Positions 8,993 through 17,350 of a stretch of DNA of 64,000 bases are shown piece after piece. How positions within the stretch are numbered: position 1 is the stretch's first letter; every line of letters begins with the position of its first letter. A program made the position numbers and the translations under genes. This DNA is from Actinomycetes bacterium (lineage in GTDB: Bacteria; Actinomycetota; Actinomycetes; Nanopelagicales; Nanopelagicaceae). The DNA lies in contig JANXZW010000058.1 of assembly GCA_025355305.1 (NCBI GenBank), forward strand, positions 6,332-70,331, in the 5' to 3' direction. The notes beneath the pieces are model-generated. The model ran no database searches. It was not told where the DNA came from and saw nothing but the letters and a program-made list of their open reading frames with translations.

Positions 8993-9681
8993 ATCTCTTC
9001 GCTCTTCTTCTGCTCGGCGGCGAGCGCGCTCTTCGCATCCGAGGCATACATATCTACATACACCTGACCGGAGATCTTTTGAATCCCGCGCATAATCTCA
9101 TCTGTCACTTGGCGTAAGTATGAGAGGTCGCTGGAGTCACCGTTGAAGTACATCGGCTCTCCGAAGACCATTTCAACGCGACGGACCTTTGGTACCACTT
9201 GCCCCGTTGGTTGGATCTCTGCTGTGTTGAACATCGCTACCGGTACTACTGGAGCTCCCGAGTCGATCGCCATCCGGGCAATGCCAGTGCGTCCTTTAAA
9301 GAGCCGACCATCTGGTGATCGAGTTCCCTCTGGGTAGATACCAATGCACTCAGCCTCTTCTAAAAGTTTGAGGCCAGTGCGAATCGCGGCCTCACTACGG
9401 CGACCTCCAGAGCGATCGACTGGCACCTGGCCTAGCGCTTGAAAAGTGAGCTTCTTAATTAATCCCTTAATGCCTGGTGATGTGAAGTACTCGCTCTTGG
9501 CCATGAAGGTAACTTTTCGCGGAACCACTAGCGGCATGAAAATTGAGTCGCTAAAGGAGAGGTGATTGGAGGCGATGATGACAGGTCCGAGGTTTGGTAC
9601 ATGGCGCAGACCGGTGACCTTGGGGCGGAAGAGAACCATCAAGATCGGGGTTAAGAAGGACTTCAAAAACGTATAAGCCAT
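8989..9681 (-). CDS. 1-acyl-sn-glycerol-3-phosphate (lysophospholipid) acyltransferase, PlsC family
   Basis: HX4D motif NHLSFSD and YPEGTRS motif. Confidence 0.85.
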   Translation of the reverse strand: MAYTFLKSFLTPILMVLFRPKVTGLRHVPNLGPVIIASNHLSFSDSIFMPLVVPRKVTFMAKSEYFTSPGIKGLIKKLTFQALGQVPVDRSGGRRSEAAIRTGLKLLEEAECIGIYPEGTRSPDGRLFKGRTGIARMAIDSGAPVVPVAMFNTAEIQPTGQVVPKVRRVEMVFGEPMYFNGDSSDLSYLRQVTDEIMRGIQKISGQVYVDMYASDAKSALAAEQKKSEEI

Positions 9682-9769
9682 GGCTCATCCTCCCTCTCTC
9701 AATATTCGCCTCGCCGATCGAAACGTTAGGAGGCTAATTTAGGGGTTAATGGACTCCTTGTGACACCAT

Positions 9770-10891
9770 TTGAGCGTGGCTCTTATTGCAAACTCCGAAA
9801 GTTTGTACCTTTCTGGAGGCAAAACCGGAGTCTTACTACTCCACGGCTTCACAGGTTCACCTGCTTCCATCCTGCCTTGGGCCCAAGGAATCCACGAAGC
9901 TGGCTACACAGTCTCGGTTCCGCGAATCGCCGGTCATGGCACCGCTTGGCAAGACCTCAATCACACTAACTGGGAGGCTTGGTATGACTCCGCGGAGTCA
10001 GCGCTGCTCTCTCTTAAGGCAAATTGTGACCGAGTCTTTGTCGCAGGCTTCTCCGTTGGAGGGGCGCTCGCACTCAAGTTAGCCCAAATTCGCGGAAGTG
10101 AAATTGAGGGTCTGTTGCTTCTCAACCCTTCAATTTTTGACGAACGCCAATTCTTTAAATTGGTTCCGTTGCTAAAACATATCCTCCCCTCAATTAAAAG
10201 CGGAGTGAGCGATGTCGCAAAGGGTGATGCGCCGCTACACGGGTATGGACGGATCCCACTCAAAGCTCTCGACTCCGTCCGCAATTTATGGAAGGTCGTG
10301 GAACGCGACCTCTACCTTGTCGATCTGCCTTTGCTCATTGGATATTCCATCAACGACCATGTTGTGAGCCCGAACTGCAGCCATACCATTATCGATAACG
10401 TCACTTCACCTAGCATCCGCGAAATAATTTTTGAGCGCTCATTTCATAATGTAGCTCTAGATTACGAAGTAGAGGATCTCATCGCCGAGAGCGTTGAGTA
10501 CATTCAAGATGTTCTTTCAGGAGAATTTGAACGCACCAATGAGAGTGATGAGAACGAGCTGATCGACGCCGAATTTGACTCCATAGTTTCACAACTCTCA
10601 CTCGATGAATCGCACCCCACAACATATTTAGACGAGTTGGATGCTCGTGGTGAAGAACACTTTGAACACCCCAATCCAAAGTTGCCCGAAGTTGATCAAT
10701 CGGCGCGCATTGCACTTTTCTCTCTCCTCGGTGGCCCCGCCTACCTACTTCTTGAGTACACGACTGGATTTAGCTTCTTCGGAACCGGACCGTGGCCAGG
10801 AGTGCTCCTATTTATTGGTGGAGTTGTTCTCTCCATTATGCGTTTGGCGCGCAATGAGGACGACGAGTTTGATGATGGTGCGGCTGTATAA
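9770..10891 (+). CDS. Alpha/beta-hydrolase (carboxylesterase/lysophospholipase-like) with acidic linker and C-terminal membrane anchor
   Basis: LLLHGFTGSP and nucleophile elbow GFSVGG. The C-terminal roughly 110 aa are acidic and are followed by two hydrophobic segments. TTG start as in the ORF track. Confidence 0.7.
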   Translation: MSVALIANSESLYLSGGKTGVLLLHGFTGSPASILPWAQGIHEAGYTVSVPRIAGHGTAWQDLNHTNWEAWYDSAESALLSLKANCDRVFVAGFSVGGALALKLAQIRGSEIEGLLLLNPSIFDERQFFKLVPLLKHILPSIKSGVSDVAKGDAPLHGYGRIPLKALDSVRNLWKVVERDLYLVDLPLLIGYSINDHVVSPNCSHTIIDNVTSPSIREIIFERSFHNVALDYEVEDLIAESVEYIQDVLSGEFERTNESDENELIDAEFDSIVSQLSLDESHPTTYLDELDARGEEHFEHPNPKLPEVDQSARIALFSLLGGPAYLLLEYTTGFSFFGTGPWPGVLLFIGGVVLSIMRLARNEDDEFDDGAAV

Positions 10892-10894
10892 AAT

Positions 10895-11842
10895 CTAGCG
10901 CCGGGCGAGATCTGCCACGCCGACGAGACCAGCATCATTTCCAAGTTCTGCGACTAGCACTTTTGGTGCAGGATGTTTCCCGTCAAATGACATATATTTT
11001 TTAATCGCCGCTCGCGTAGGAGCCATTAGTAACTCCCCCGCCTCGACAACTCCCCCGCCAATGACTACACAGGCAGGATCCAGGATGACGCAGAGCGAAG
11101 CAATGCCGGCTCCGAGCCAATCGCCCGTTGTATTAAATGCGCCGACAGCGATTGGATCACCTTCGCGCGCAGCATCGGTAATGTGATTACCCTTAATTCC
11201 ATCGATCGTTCCATCGCCCCGCGCCAGTAGCGCTTTCGCACTATCGGGATCTCGCTCAATCGCTTCCAAGAGATGTCGGTGCAGTCCACTTCCTGATGCG
11301 TACTGTTCAAAACAGCCCAATTTGCCGCAGCCACAGAGGTGGCCATTTGGAACTACTCGCATATGTCCAAACTCTGCCGCGACTCCAAATGCTCCGCGAT
11401 AAAGGGCGCCATTGTTAACCAATCCCCCACCGATGCCCGTTCCAACGGTCACCATCATCAATTCGCTCTCGCCGCGGCCGGCGCCATAAACCGCCTCGCC
11501 CCACGCCGCGGCATTTGCATCATTTTCAATGACAACGGGCAGGTTAATCTCGCGCATAATTTCAACTTTGAGATTTACCCCATTCCAACCCGCAATATTT
11601 GGAGTTGCAAGCATTGTTTGGCGATCGGAGGAGACAAAGCCAGCGGCGGATATTCCAACGCTGCTCGCCGGGTATTGCGCCAGCAGCTCCTGGATAACTC
11701 CGATAATGGCCTCGGTCAGCTCTGCGCCTCCTGCCTTCGGCGTATCTTCGCGGTGGGTAGTCAGAATATTTCCCGATTGATCGACAACTCCACCCAAAAC
11801 CTTGGTTCCACCGATATCTACACCTATGCTCAAATTCTCCAC
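10895..11842 (-). CDS. glk: ROK family glucokinase
   Basis: GVDIGGTKV ATP-binding motif and ROK zinc motif GHLCGCGKLGCFEQYASG. Confidence 0.88.
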   Translation of the reverse strand: MENLSIGVDIGGTKVLGGVVDQSGNILTTHREDTPKAGGAELTEAIIGVIQELLAQYPASSVGISAAGFVSSDRQTMLATPNIAGWNGVNLKVEIMREINLPVVIENDANAAAWGEAVYGAGRGESELMMVTVGTGIGGGLVNNGALYRGAFGVAAEFGHMRVVPNGHLCGCGKLGCFEQYASGSGLHRHLLEAIERDPDSAKALLARGDGTIDGIKGNHITDAAREGDPIAVGAFNTTGDWLGAGIASLCVILDPACVVIGGGVVEAGELLMAPTRAAIKKYMSFDGKHPAPKVLVAELGNDAGLVGVADLARR

Positions 11843-11903
11843 AACGCAAGATTACCTTGGGAGTAGCGATGTAAGTTCACTCCATTCCCACTAGCGTTCT
11901 CGC

Positions 11904-13688
11904 ATGATGGAGACCTACCTACCAGCCCTTGTGCCACATCCGGCGACGGGCAATATCACCAACATCATCACGGATAAGGTCGCCAAGGAGCCCGGCCGGA
12001 TTCTGGTCTCCCGTCCACTCGGCGATGGATGGCAGCCGGTGACGGCGGTTGAATTCGATCAGGAGATTCGCAGCGTGGCCAAGGGGCTAATCGCCCGCGG
12101 GATCCAACCCGGAGATCGCGTGGCAATAATGGCCAAGACACGCTACGAATGGACCGTTCTGGATTTCGCGATTATTTACTGTGGCGGGATCACAGTCCCC
12201 ATCTATGAGACCTCTAGCGCCGAGCAAGTGCGCTGGATTCTCACCGACTCAGGGAGCTCTCTGCTCATCGTTGAGTCACCTACCCTTGCCGCTCTCGCCA
12301 AACCTGTTCTCCCTGCGAGCTGCCGCGAAGTCCTAGTGATTACCGCAGATGCGGTTTCGAACTTGGTACACGCAGGCAAGGGGATCCCAGACGCTGCGCT
12401 GGATGAGCGAATGGCAGCCCTTGGTCCAGAGGATTTAATGACCCTCATCTACACCTCGGGAACTACGGGCAATCCAAAAGGCGTTACCTTCACACACGGC
12501 AATTTCATGTCGGAGTGTTCAAATGTTGTCCTCTATGCCCGCGTAGAATTTCTTCGCCCCGGTGGATCAACGCTGCTCTTTCTTCCTATTGCACACGTAT
12601 TCGGACGGATGATCCAATTCGGAGCAATCCATGCGGGACTCCACCTTGCGCATTGCGGTGATATCAACCGACTTCCGCAGGACCTCGGAACTTTTAAGCC
12701 CACTTTGATCCTTGCCGTCCCGCGTATCTTCGAAAAGGTCTACAACAGCGCAGAGAACAGGGCGCACGAAGGTGGCAAGTCAAAGATTTTCAAGAAGGCG
12801 GTAGATACCGCGGTTGCCTATTCGCAGGCAATTGATGCAGAGAAGATCCCGCTGCAACTACGAGCCGCGCACCTGCTCTTTGACCGGCTGGTCTACTCCA
12901 AGATCCGCACAGGTCTCGGGGGGCGAGTTGAGGCCGCACTATCTGGTGGGGCTCCGCTTAGCCCGCGCCTTGGCCACTTCTTCCGGGGTGCTGGAATCAA
13001 CATTTTAGAGGGTTACGGTCTGACCGAGACGACCGCAGCATCATCAGTCAACGTGCGCTCGGCACAGAAGATTGGCAGTGTTGGAAGACCTATTCCGGGT
13101 ACCCGAATTAAAATTGCTCCAGATGGTGAGGTCCTAATCAAGGGGGCCGTAATCATGCAGGGTTATTGGCAGAATGACGACGCAACGCGCGAATGTATGA
13201 CTGATGATGGTTACTTCAAGAGTGGTGACCTTGGAACGATTGATGATGATGGCTATCTCTTTATCGTGGGCCGCAAGAAGGAGATCATCGTTACCTCAGG
13301 GGGCAAGAATGTCGCTCCAGAAATATTAGAGGACCGCTTACGGGCACATCCCCTTGTGAGTCAGTGCATGGTCGTAGGCGACAACAAGCCATTTATTGCA
13401 GCGCTCATCACGCTGGATCCAGATGCAGTGAAATCATGGGCGCTGGGCAATAAGAAAGGTGGCGCATCTATAGCGGAGCTGGCTAAGGATCCTGCGCTCA
13501 TCGATGTCATCCAAGCGGCGGTCGATGAGGCCAATAAAGCCGTAAGCCGCGCCGAATCGATTCGCAAATTTACCATCCTGCCCGTTGACTTCACCATTGA
13601 AGCCGGACAACTAACCGCCAAACTCTCGGTTAAGCGCCACGTCGTGAATCAAGAATTTTCCCAAGAGATTGCCGATCTGTTTGGCTGA
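11904..13688 (+). CDS. Long-chain fatty-acid--CoA ligase (AMP-forming, FadD15-like)
   Basis: AMP-binding signature LIYTSGTTGNPKGV, then GYGLTET and SGDLG...DGYLFIVGRKK. 594 aa. Confidence 0.88.
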   Translation: MMETYLPALVPHPATGNITNIITDKVAKEPGRILVSRPLGDGWQPVTAVEFDQEIRSVAKGLIARGIQPGDRVAIMAKTRYEWTVLDFAIIYCGGITVPIYETSSAEQVRWILTDSGSSLLIVESPTLAALAKPVLPASCREVLVITADAVSNLVHAGKGIPDAALDERMAALGPEDLMTLIYTSGTTGNPKGVTFTHGNFMSECSNVVLYARVEFLRPGGSTLLFLPIAHVFGRMIQFGAIHAGLHLAHCGDINRLPQDLGTFKPTLILAVPRIFEKVYNSAENRAHEGGKSKIFKKAVDTAVAYSQAIDAEKIPLQLRAAHLLFDRLVYSKIRTGLGGRVEAALSGGAPLSPRLGHFFRGAGINILEGYGLTETTAASSVNVRSAQKIGSVGRPIPGTRIKIAPDGEVLIKGAVIMQGYWQNDDATRECMTDDGYFKSGDLGTIDDDGYLFIVGRKKEIIVTSGGKNVAPEILEDRLRAHPLVSQCMVVGDNKPFIAALITLDPDAVKSWALGNKKGGASIAELAKDPALIDVIQAAVDEANKAVSRAESIRKFTILPVDFTIEAGQLTAKLSVKRHVVNQEFSQEIADLFG

Positions 13689-14232
13689 TATCGCCGCCGA
13701 GCGCGCCCGTATCGCGCGCGAACTCCATGACGGTATCGCACAAGATTTAGTGGCAATCGGCTATGCGCTAGATAGCGAAATAGGGCGCTTTGATACCAAT
13801 CCGAGTTCTCGTCAAGCACTGCGCTCGATTCGCGAGCAGATCACCGCAGTAAATGCCACGGTACGCGATGAGATTTTCCGCCTGCGCTCCGCGCGCTCCC
13901 CATCAGCGCAGAGAAATTTAGAGGCCTCGTTGGCATCCCTCGAAATCAATTTCCTTGTGAACGGTGAACTCTCTGACGATCAGGTCGGTGCGGAACTCGG
14001 CAAGGTTCTCTTAGAGTTGGTGCGAAATGCCCTCGCACACGGTGGTGCTACCAGCGTGGCCATTGATATCACCAGCTCATTCCTCCATTTTGAAAATGAT
14101 GGAGTGAATATGGCGGCGCGCAGCGACTCACGCTTTGGACTCGTCGGCATCTCCGAGCGCTTGGCTGGAATTGGGTGGGAGCTCACGACTACAACGGGGT
14201 TTAATCAGATCGAGATCAGGCGCCTACCGTAA
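13669..14232 (+). CDS. Minimal HisKA_3-type histidine kinase (DHp plus HATPase only, no sensor or TM region)
   Basis: H-box ERARIARELHDGIAQDL, N-box LVRNALAHG, G-boxes ENDG and FGLVGISERL. It is 187 aa. The TTG start overlaps the fadD-like 3' end by 20 nt, so the exact start is uncertain. Confidence 0.7.
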   Translation: MPICLADIAAERARIARELHDGIAQDLVAIGYALDSEIGRFDTNPSSRQALRSIREQITAVNATVRDEIFRLRSARSPSAQRNLEASLASLEINFLVNGELSDDQVGAELGKVLLELVRNALAHGGATSVAIDITSSFLHFENDGVNMAARSDSRFGLVGISERLAGIGWELTTTTGFNQIEIRRLP

Positions 14233-14807
14233 TGCTGATCCTCATCGTTGACGATCACGAATTAATACGGACTGGGCTAACTCAAGCGCTGCGCGGGGCC
14301 GGACACAACATTGTCGGTGAAGCAACTTGCCTTGCCGAGGCGCGTGCGCAATTACTCTTCACGAGGCCCGACTTGGTAATTGTGGATGTGAATCTGCCCG
14401 ATGGTTCGGGGCTCGAACTCATCACTCCCCTCATGAAATTTGTGGTTCTCACACTCGGCGATGATCCGCTATCGCTACGCCAAGCGCACCAACGCGGGGC
14501 GGCGGCATACGTTCTCAAGGGCGAACCCGTCCATCACCTACTCTCCATTATTGAACAACTAGAAAGTTCGAAGTACCACTTCGCTGCGCCTGCCCTGCCT
14601 CAGAACCGCTTTGATCTCACCCAACGCGAGTTGGATGTTATTCAGATCTTACAAACTGGCTGGAGCGCGAAGGAGATGGGCTCCCATCTCTTCTTATCGG
14701 AAGCCACTGTGAAAACGCACCTCGCTTCCATCTATCGAAAACTCGAAGTCAAGAACCGCACACAGGCGATCGTTGTCGCGCTAGCAAATCACTTAATCGC
14801 CGAATAA
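14232..14807 (+). CDS. NarL/LuxR family response regulator
   Basis: Receiver residues IVDDHE, acceptor VDVNLPDGSG, T in VLTLG and K in YVLKG. C-terminal LuxR HTH LTQRELDVIQIL...ATVKTHLASIYRKL. TAATG overlap with the kinase. Confidence 0.88.
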   Translation: MLILIVDDHELIRTGLTQALRGAGHNIVGEATCLAEARAQLLFTRPDLVIVDVNLPDGSGLELITPLMKFVVLTLGDDPLSLRQAHQRGAAAYVLKGEPVHHLLSIIEQLESSKYHFAAPALPQNRFDLTQRELDVIQILQTGWSAKEMGSHLFLSEATVKTHLASIYRKLEVKNRTQAIVVALANHLIAE

Positions 14808-15935
14808 AACCCTCTTAAATTTCTCGCCCCAGATAGGCCAACTCCAACGCTCCTGCGTCCACTCGCGCCCCTGAAGGCCCATCTCAAGGAGGCGAGAAGG
14901 GTGGTCAAGTAGATGATTGATTGATAGAGCGATCTGATCTATTGATCGCCCATCGACAATCTCTCCAGTCTTTCCCGAAATAAGTGCGTCGGGAGCGCCC
15001 CCAGATCTCCCTGCCAAGACAGCCACTCCCGAGGCGCTCGCCTCGAGGTAAACGATCCCGAGTCCCTCGACCTCAAGACCTGCGAGCCGTGAGCGCGAAG
15101 GCATAACAAAGAGGTTCGCTAAACGAAAGTAGTCGGGCAAATTGTCGTACGTAACACGCCCAATAAAACGTACGTATTCTTGCAACTCATTTTGTCGTAC
15201 GAGTTGTACTAACTTCTTCTGACGTGGACCTACACCAACCAAAAGCAGAACGAGATCTGGATGCTCTCTGAGAATCTGCGGCAGAGCTGCCAATAATTTA
15301 TCCTGACCCTTGCGGTGCACCAGACGACCGACCGATAATAAAACCTGCTTGCCTTCGAGTTGCAACTCCTTCACCAGCGCCTTTGATTTCACACCAGGAG
15401 AGAAATGCTCAACGGAGATCCCAGGGGCAATCTGTACCATTGAACATCGCTCGGCCACGATAGGAGCCATGGCGCTTCGAGTAAAATCTCCGAGATAGGT
15501 GAGAACATCTATCGATTTAGTGGAGTGGCGAAAGATTTGGCGAAATAGTGGCAGCTTGGCCCACCAGACTTCATGACCGTGGGTGAGGGCAACAATCCGA
15601 CGCGCGCCAGATCTCTTTAAGAGCCCCGCCATCCAAGCCAGCGGCATCGCCGCGCCAAACCAAATGACCTCACTCTGATATTTCTGCATCACCGCGCGGA
15701 CCCTACGATTTATGGCGGGTGTAGGCAGAAGGATCGAACTCTTATCGCGAATAACAATCACACCGTTCTTGGCGGTTAATGCACTGTCAAATGCGGCGCT
15801 CTCGGGTTGAGCTGCTGTGTAGATGACTATTTGTGAACCATCGAGTTGATCGAGAAGTCCCAAGATAAAGGTTTCTATGCCTCCTGCTCGTGGACCAAGA
15901 TCATTGGTAACGAGAAGAATTTTTCTAGGAGACAC
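14793..15935 (-). CDS. GT4 family glycosyltransferase (PimB-like mannosyltransferase candidate)
   Basis: N-terminal ILLVTNDLGPRAGG and EX7E region EGLGIVYLEASASGVAVLAGRSGGAPD. GTG start as in the ORF track. Confidence 0.8.
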   Translation of the reverse strand: MSPRKILLVTNDLGPRAGGIETFILGLLDQLDGSQIVIYTAAQPESAAFDSALTAKNGVIVIRDKSSILLPTPAINRRVRAVMQKYQSEVIWFGAAMPLAWMAGLLKRSGARRIVALTHGHEVWWAKLPLFRQIFRHSTKSIDVLTYLGDFTRSAMAPIVAERCSMVQIAPGISVEHFSPGVKSKALVKELQLEGKQVLLSVGRLVHRKGQDKLLAALPQILREHPDLVLLLVGVGPRQKKLVQLVRQNELQEYVRFIGRVTYDNLPDYFRLANLFVMPSRSRLAGLEVEGLGIVYLEASASGVAVLAGRSGGAPDALISGKTGEIVDGRSIDQIALSINHLLDHPSRLLEMGLQGREWTQERWSWPIWGEKFKRVLFGD

Positions 15936-15964
15936 TCCACAAGGCTAGTCAGCCTCGGCGCCGC

Positions 15965-16016
15965 GCCCCAAATTCACGCCCCAAATTCGCGCCCCAAATT
16001 CACGCCTCAAATTCTG
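15965..16016. repeat. 13-bp tandem repeat GCCCCAAATTC(A/G)C x4 (last copy degenerate)
   Basis: Copies at 15965-15977, 15978-15990, 15991-16003 and 16004-16016, read directly. They lie between the small Cys-protein stop (16026) and the GT4 start (15935). Confidence 0.85.
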
Positions 16017-16025
16017 GCATCCAAT

Positions 16026-16232
16026 CTAGGCGCGAAAGCGCAGTGGTGGAACAAGACCCTTATCTGAAAGGGCGGAGATGGCAGTTACCTCAACCTCGGT
16101 GATCTCAGCGCTTGTTCGCTGCGAGATCGTAAGGAGAACGGAGACGACGCAATCCGAACAGGCTAGATCGCGCATTGTGCAGGTATCGCAGTCGATGATC
16201 ATGTTAGGAAGGTTAAATTGCACCACTGACAT
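16026..16232 (-). CDS. Small 68-aa hypothetical protein with two CxxC pairs
   Basis: DCDTC...CSDC motif. The overlapping plus-strand frame (16078-16245) looks like a non-coding extension. No family was recognised. Confidence 0.45.
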   Translation of the reverse strand: MSVVQFNLPNMIIDCDTCTMRDLACSDCVVSVLLTISQRTSAEITEVEVTAISALSDKGLVPPLRFRA

Positions 16233-16245
16233 CTACAGTAACGCC

Positions 16246-16758
16246 ATGAGCTCACGAGTTGCGGCAAACCTCGTCCTGGGGGCCGACGGCTCGAGCACTC
16301 TTGCCGGTAGTTCAGCGGGGCTCTCCTTCCCCGCCGACCGCGTGCGATTTCACCAACTTCGAGAAGGATTCGGCGCCATACTCATTGGTGGTAACACCGC
16401 CCACAACGAGCCGTATGGCAAAACCCCGCTGCCCCTCATCGTTCTCACCCATCGCGGGCTCCCGACCCGGCTGCAAGGCAATTCGCAAGCCGTGGCTTGG
16501 AATATGCCCCTAGCGCAGGCTGTGCAAAGAGCGGAGTCACGTTATGGCGATCTGCTGATTGAAGCAGGCCCTGTACTGGTGAAAAGTGCGCTTGCGCAAG
16601 GCCTAGTGACCGATCTCTATCTAACTCTCTCCCACGCCACAGGAGGTGAGAATCTCGTTGAGGCTACCCAACTAGTTGTAGGGGCAAATGAGCTTTCGTG
16701 CGAAGAGGTTGAGGGGGGTCTTTTCTTGCACTATCGACTCGCGCCTTCCCACGAATAA
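16246..16758 (+). CDS. RibD C-terminal domain / dihydrofolate-reductase-like protein
   Basis: VLGADGSSTLAGSSAGLS...DRVRFHQLREGFGAILIGGNTA pattern. The start was moved from 16078 to ATG 16246, where the domain begins. Confidence 0.65.
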   Translation: MSSRVAANLVLGADGSSTLAGSSAGLSFPADRVRFHQLREGFGAILIGGNTAHNEPYGKTPLPLIVLTHRGLPTRLQGNSQAVAWNMPLAQAVQRAESRYGDLLIEAGPVLVKSALAQGLVTDLYLTLSHATGGENLVEATQLVVGANELSCEEVEGGLFLHYRLAPSHE

Positions 16759-16783
16759 CTCCCCCACAAATTACCCTTAAGAC

Positions 16784-17338
16784 ATGGCCAATGCGAAGAG
16801 CTTTCCCGAGATCTTGGCAGATATCCGAGCGATAAGCACGCGAGCAGAATTGATCCTGGAAGAGATCCCCGCTCCACAAAAACTTGCCCCCTTTGCCTTT
16901 GCCATGACCGCCGACACCGAGGATGAGATCGCCACCGCTCGTTGGGTACTTCTCCACGACCCCGCCGGCCAAGAGGGTTGGGGTGGAGATTTTCGCTGTG
17001 TCACCTTTGTGAGAGCCGATGTAGACCAAGAGATGGCCTCAGATCCGATGGTCGCCAACGTCGGGTGGAGTTGGTTAATTGAATCTCTCGAAAAATTTGG
17101 CTGCCAATATGTGCAACCCAGTGGCACCGTTACGCGCGTTGCAAGTGCATCCTTTGGAACTCTCGGTGAGCGGGCCGATGACTCTGAATTAGAGGTACGT
17201 GCCTCTTGGACTCCCACTGATTCTCACGCGATTGCCGATCATCTGCGCGCCTGGCTCGATCTTTTAGAGCGATGCGCAGGGATGCAGCCAATCCCCGAAG
17301 GGACCATTCCTTTGACGCGTAACCAACTTACTAAGTAA
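16784..17338 (+). CDS. DUF3000 family protein
   Basis: Position directly upstream of the RNase D-like gene and dxs, as in other Actinomycetota. The FRCVTFVRADVD region is typical. Function unknown. Confidence 0.6.
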   Translation: MANAKSFPEILADIRAISTRAELILEEIPAPQKLAPFAFAMTADTEDEIATARWVLLHDPAGQEGWGGDFRCVTFVRADVDQEMASDPMVANVGWSWLIESLEKFGCQYVQPSGTVTRVASASFGTLGERADDSELEVRASWTPTDSHAIADHLRAWLDLLERCAGMQPIPEGTIPLTRNQLTK

Positions 17339-17350
17339 TCCATTCTTCTT

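Noticed and set aside
11339-11866. 175-aa plus-strand ORF
   Set aside because: It is antisense to the ROK glucokinase gene and has no recognisable motifs.
16078-16245. N-terminal 56 codons of the 226-aa plus-strand ORF
   Set aside because: The RibD_C-like domain begins at ATG 16246. The upstream part has no recognisable domain and overlaps the small Cys-protein frame on the other strand.
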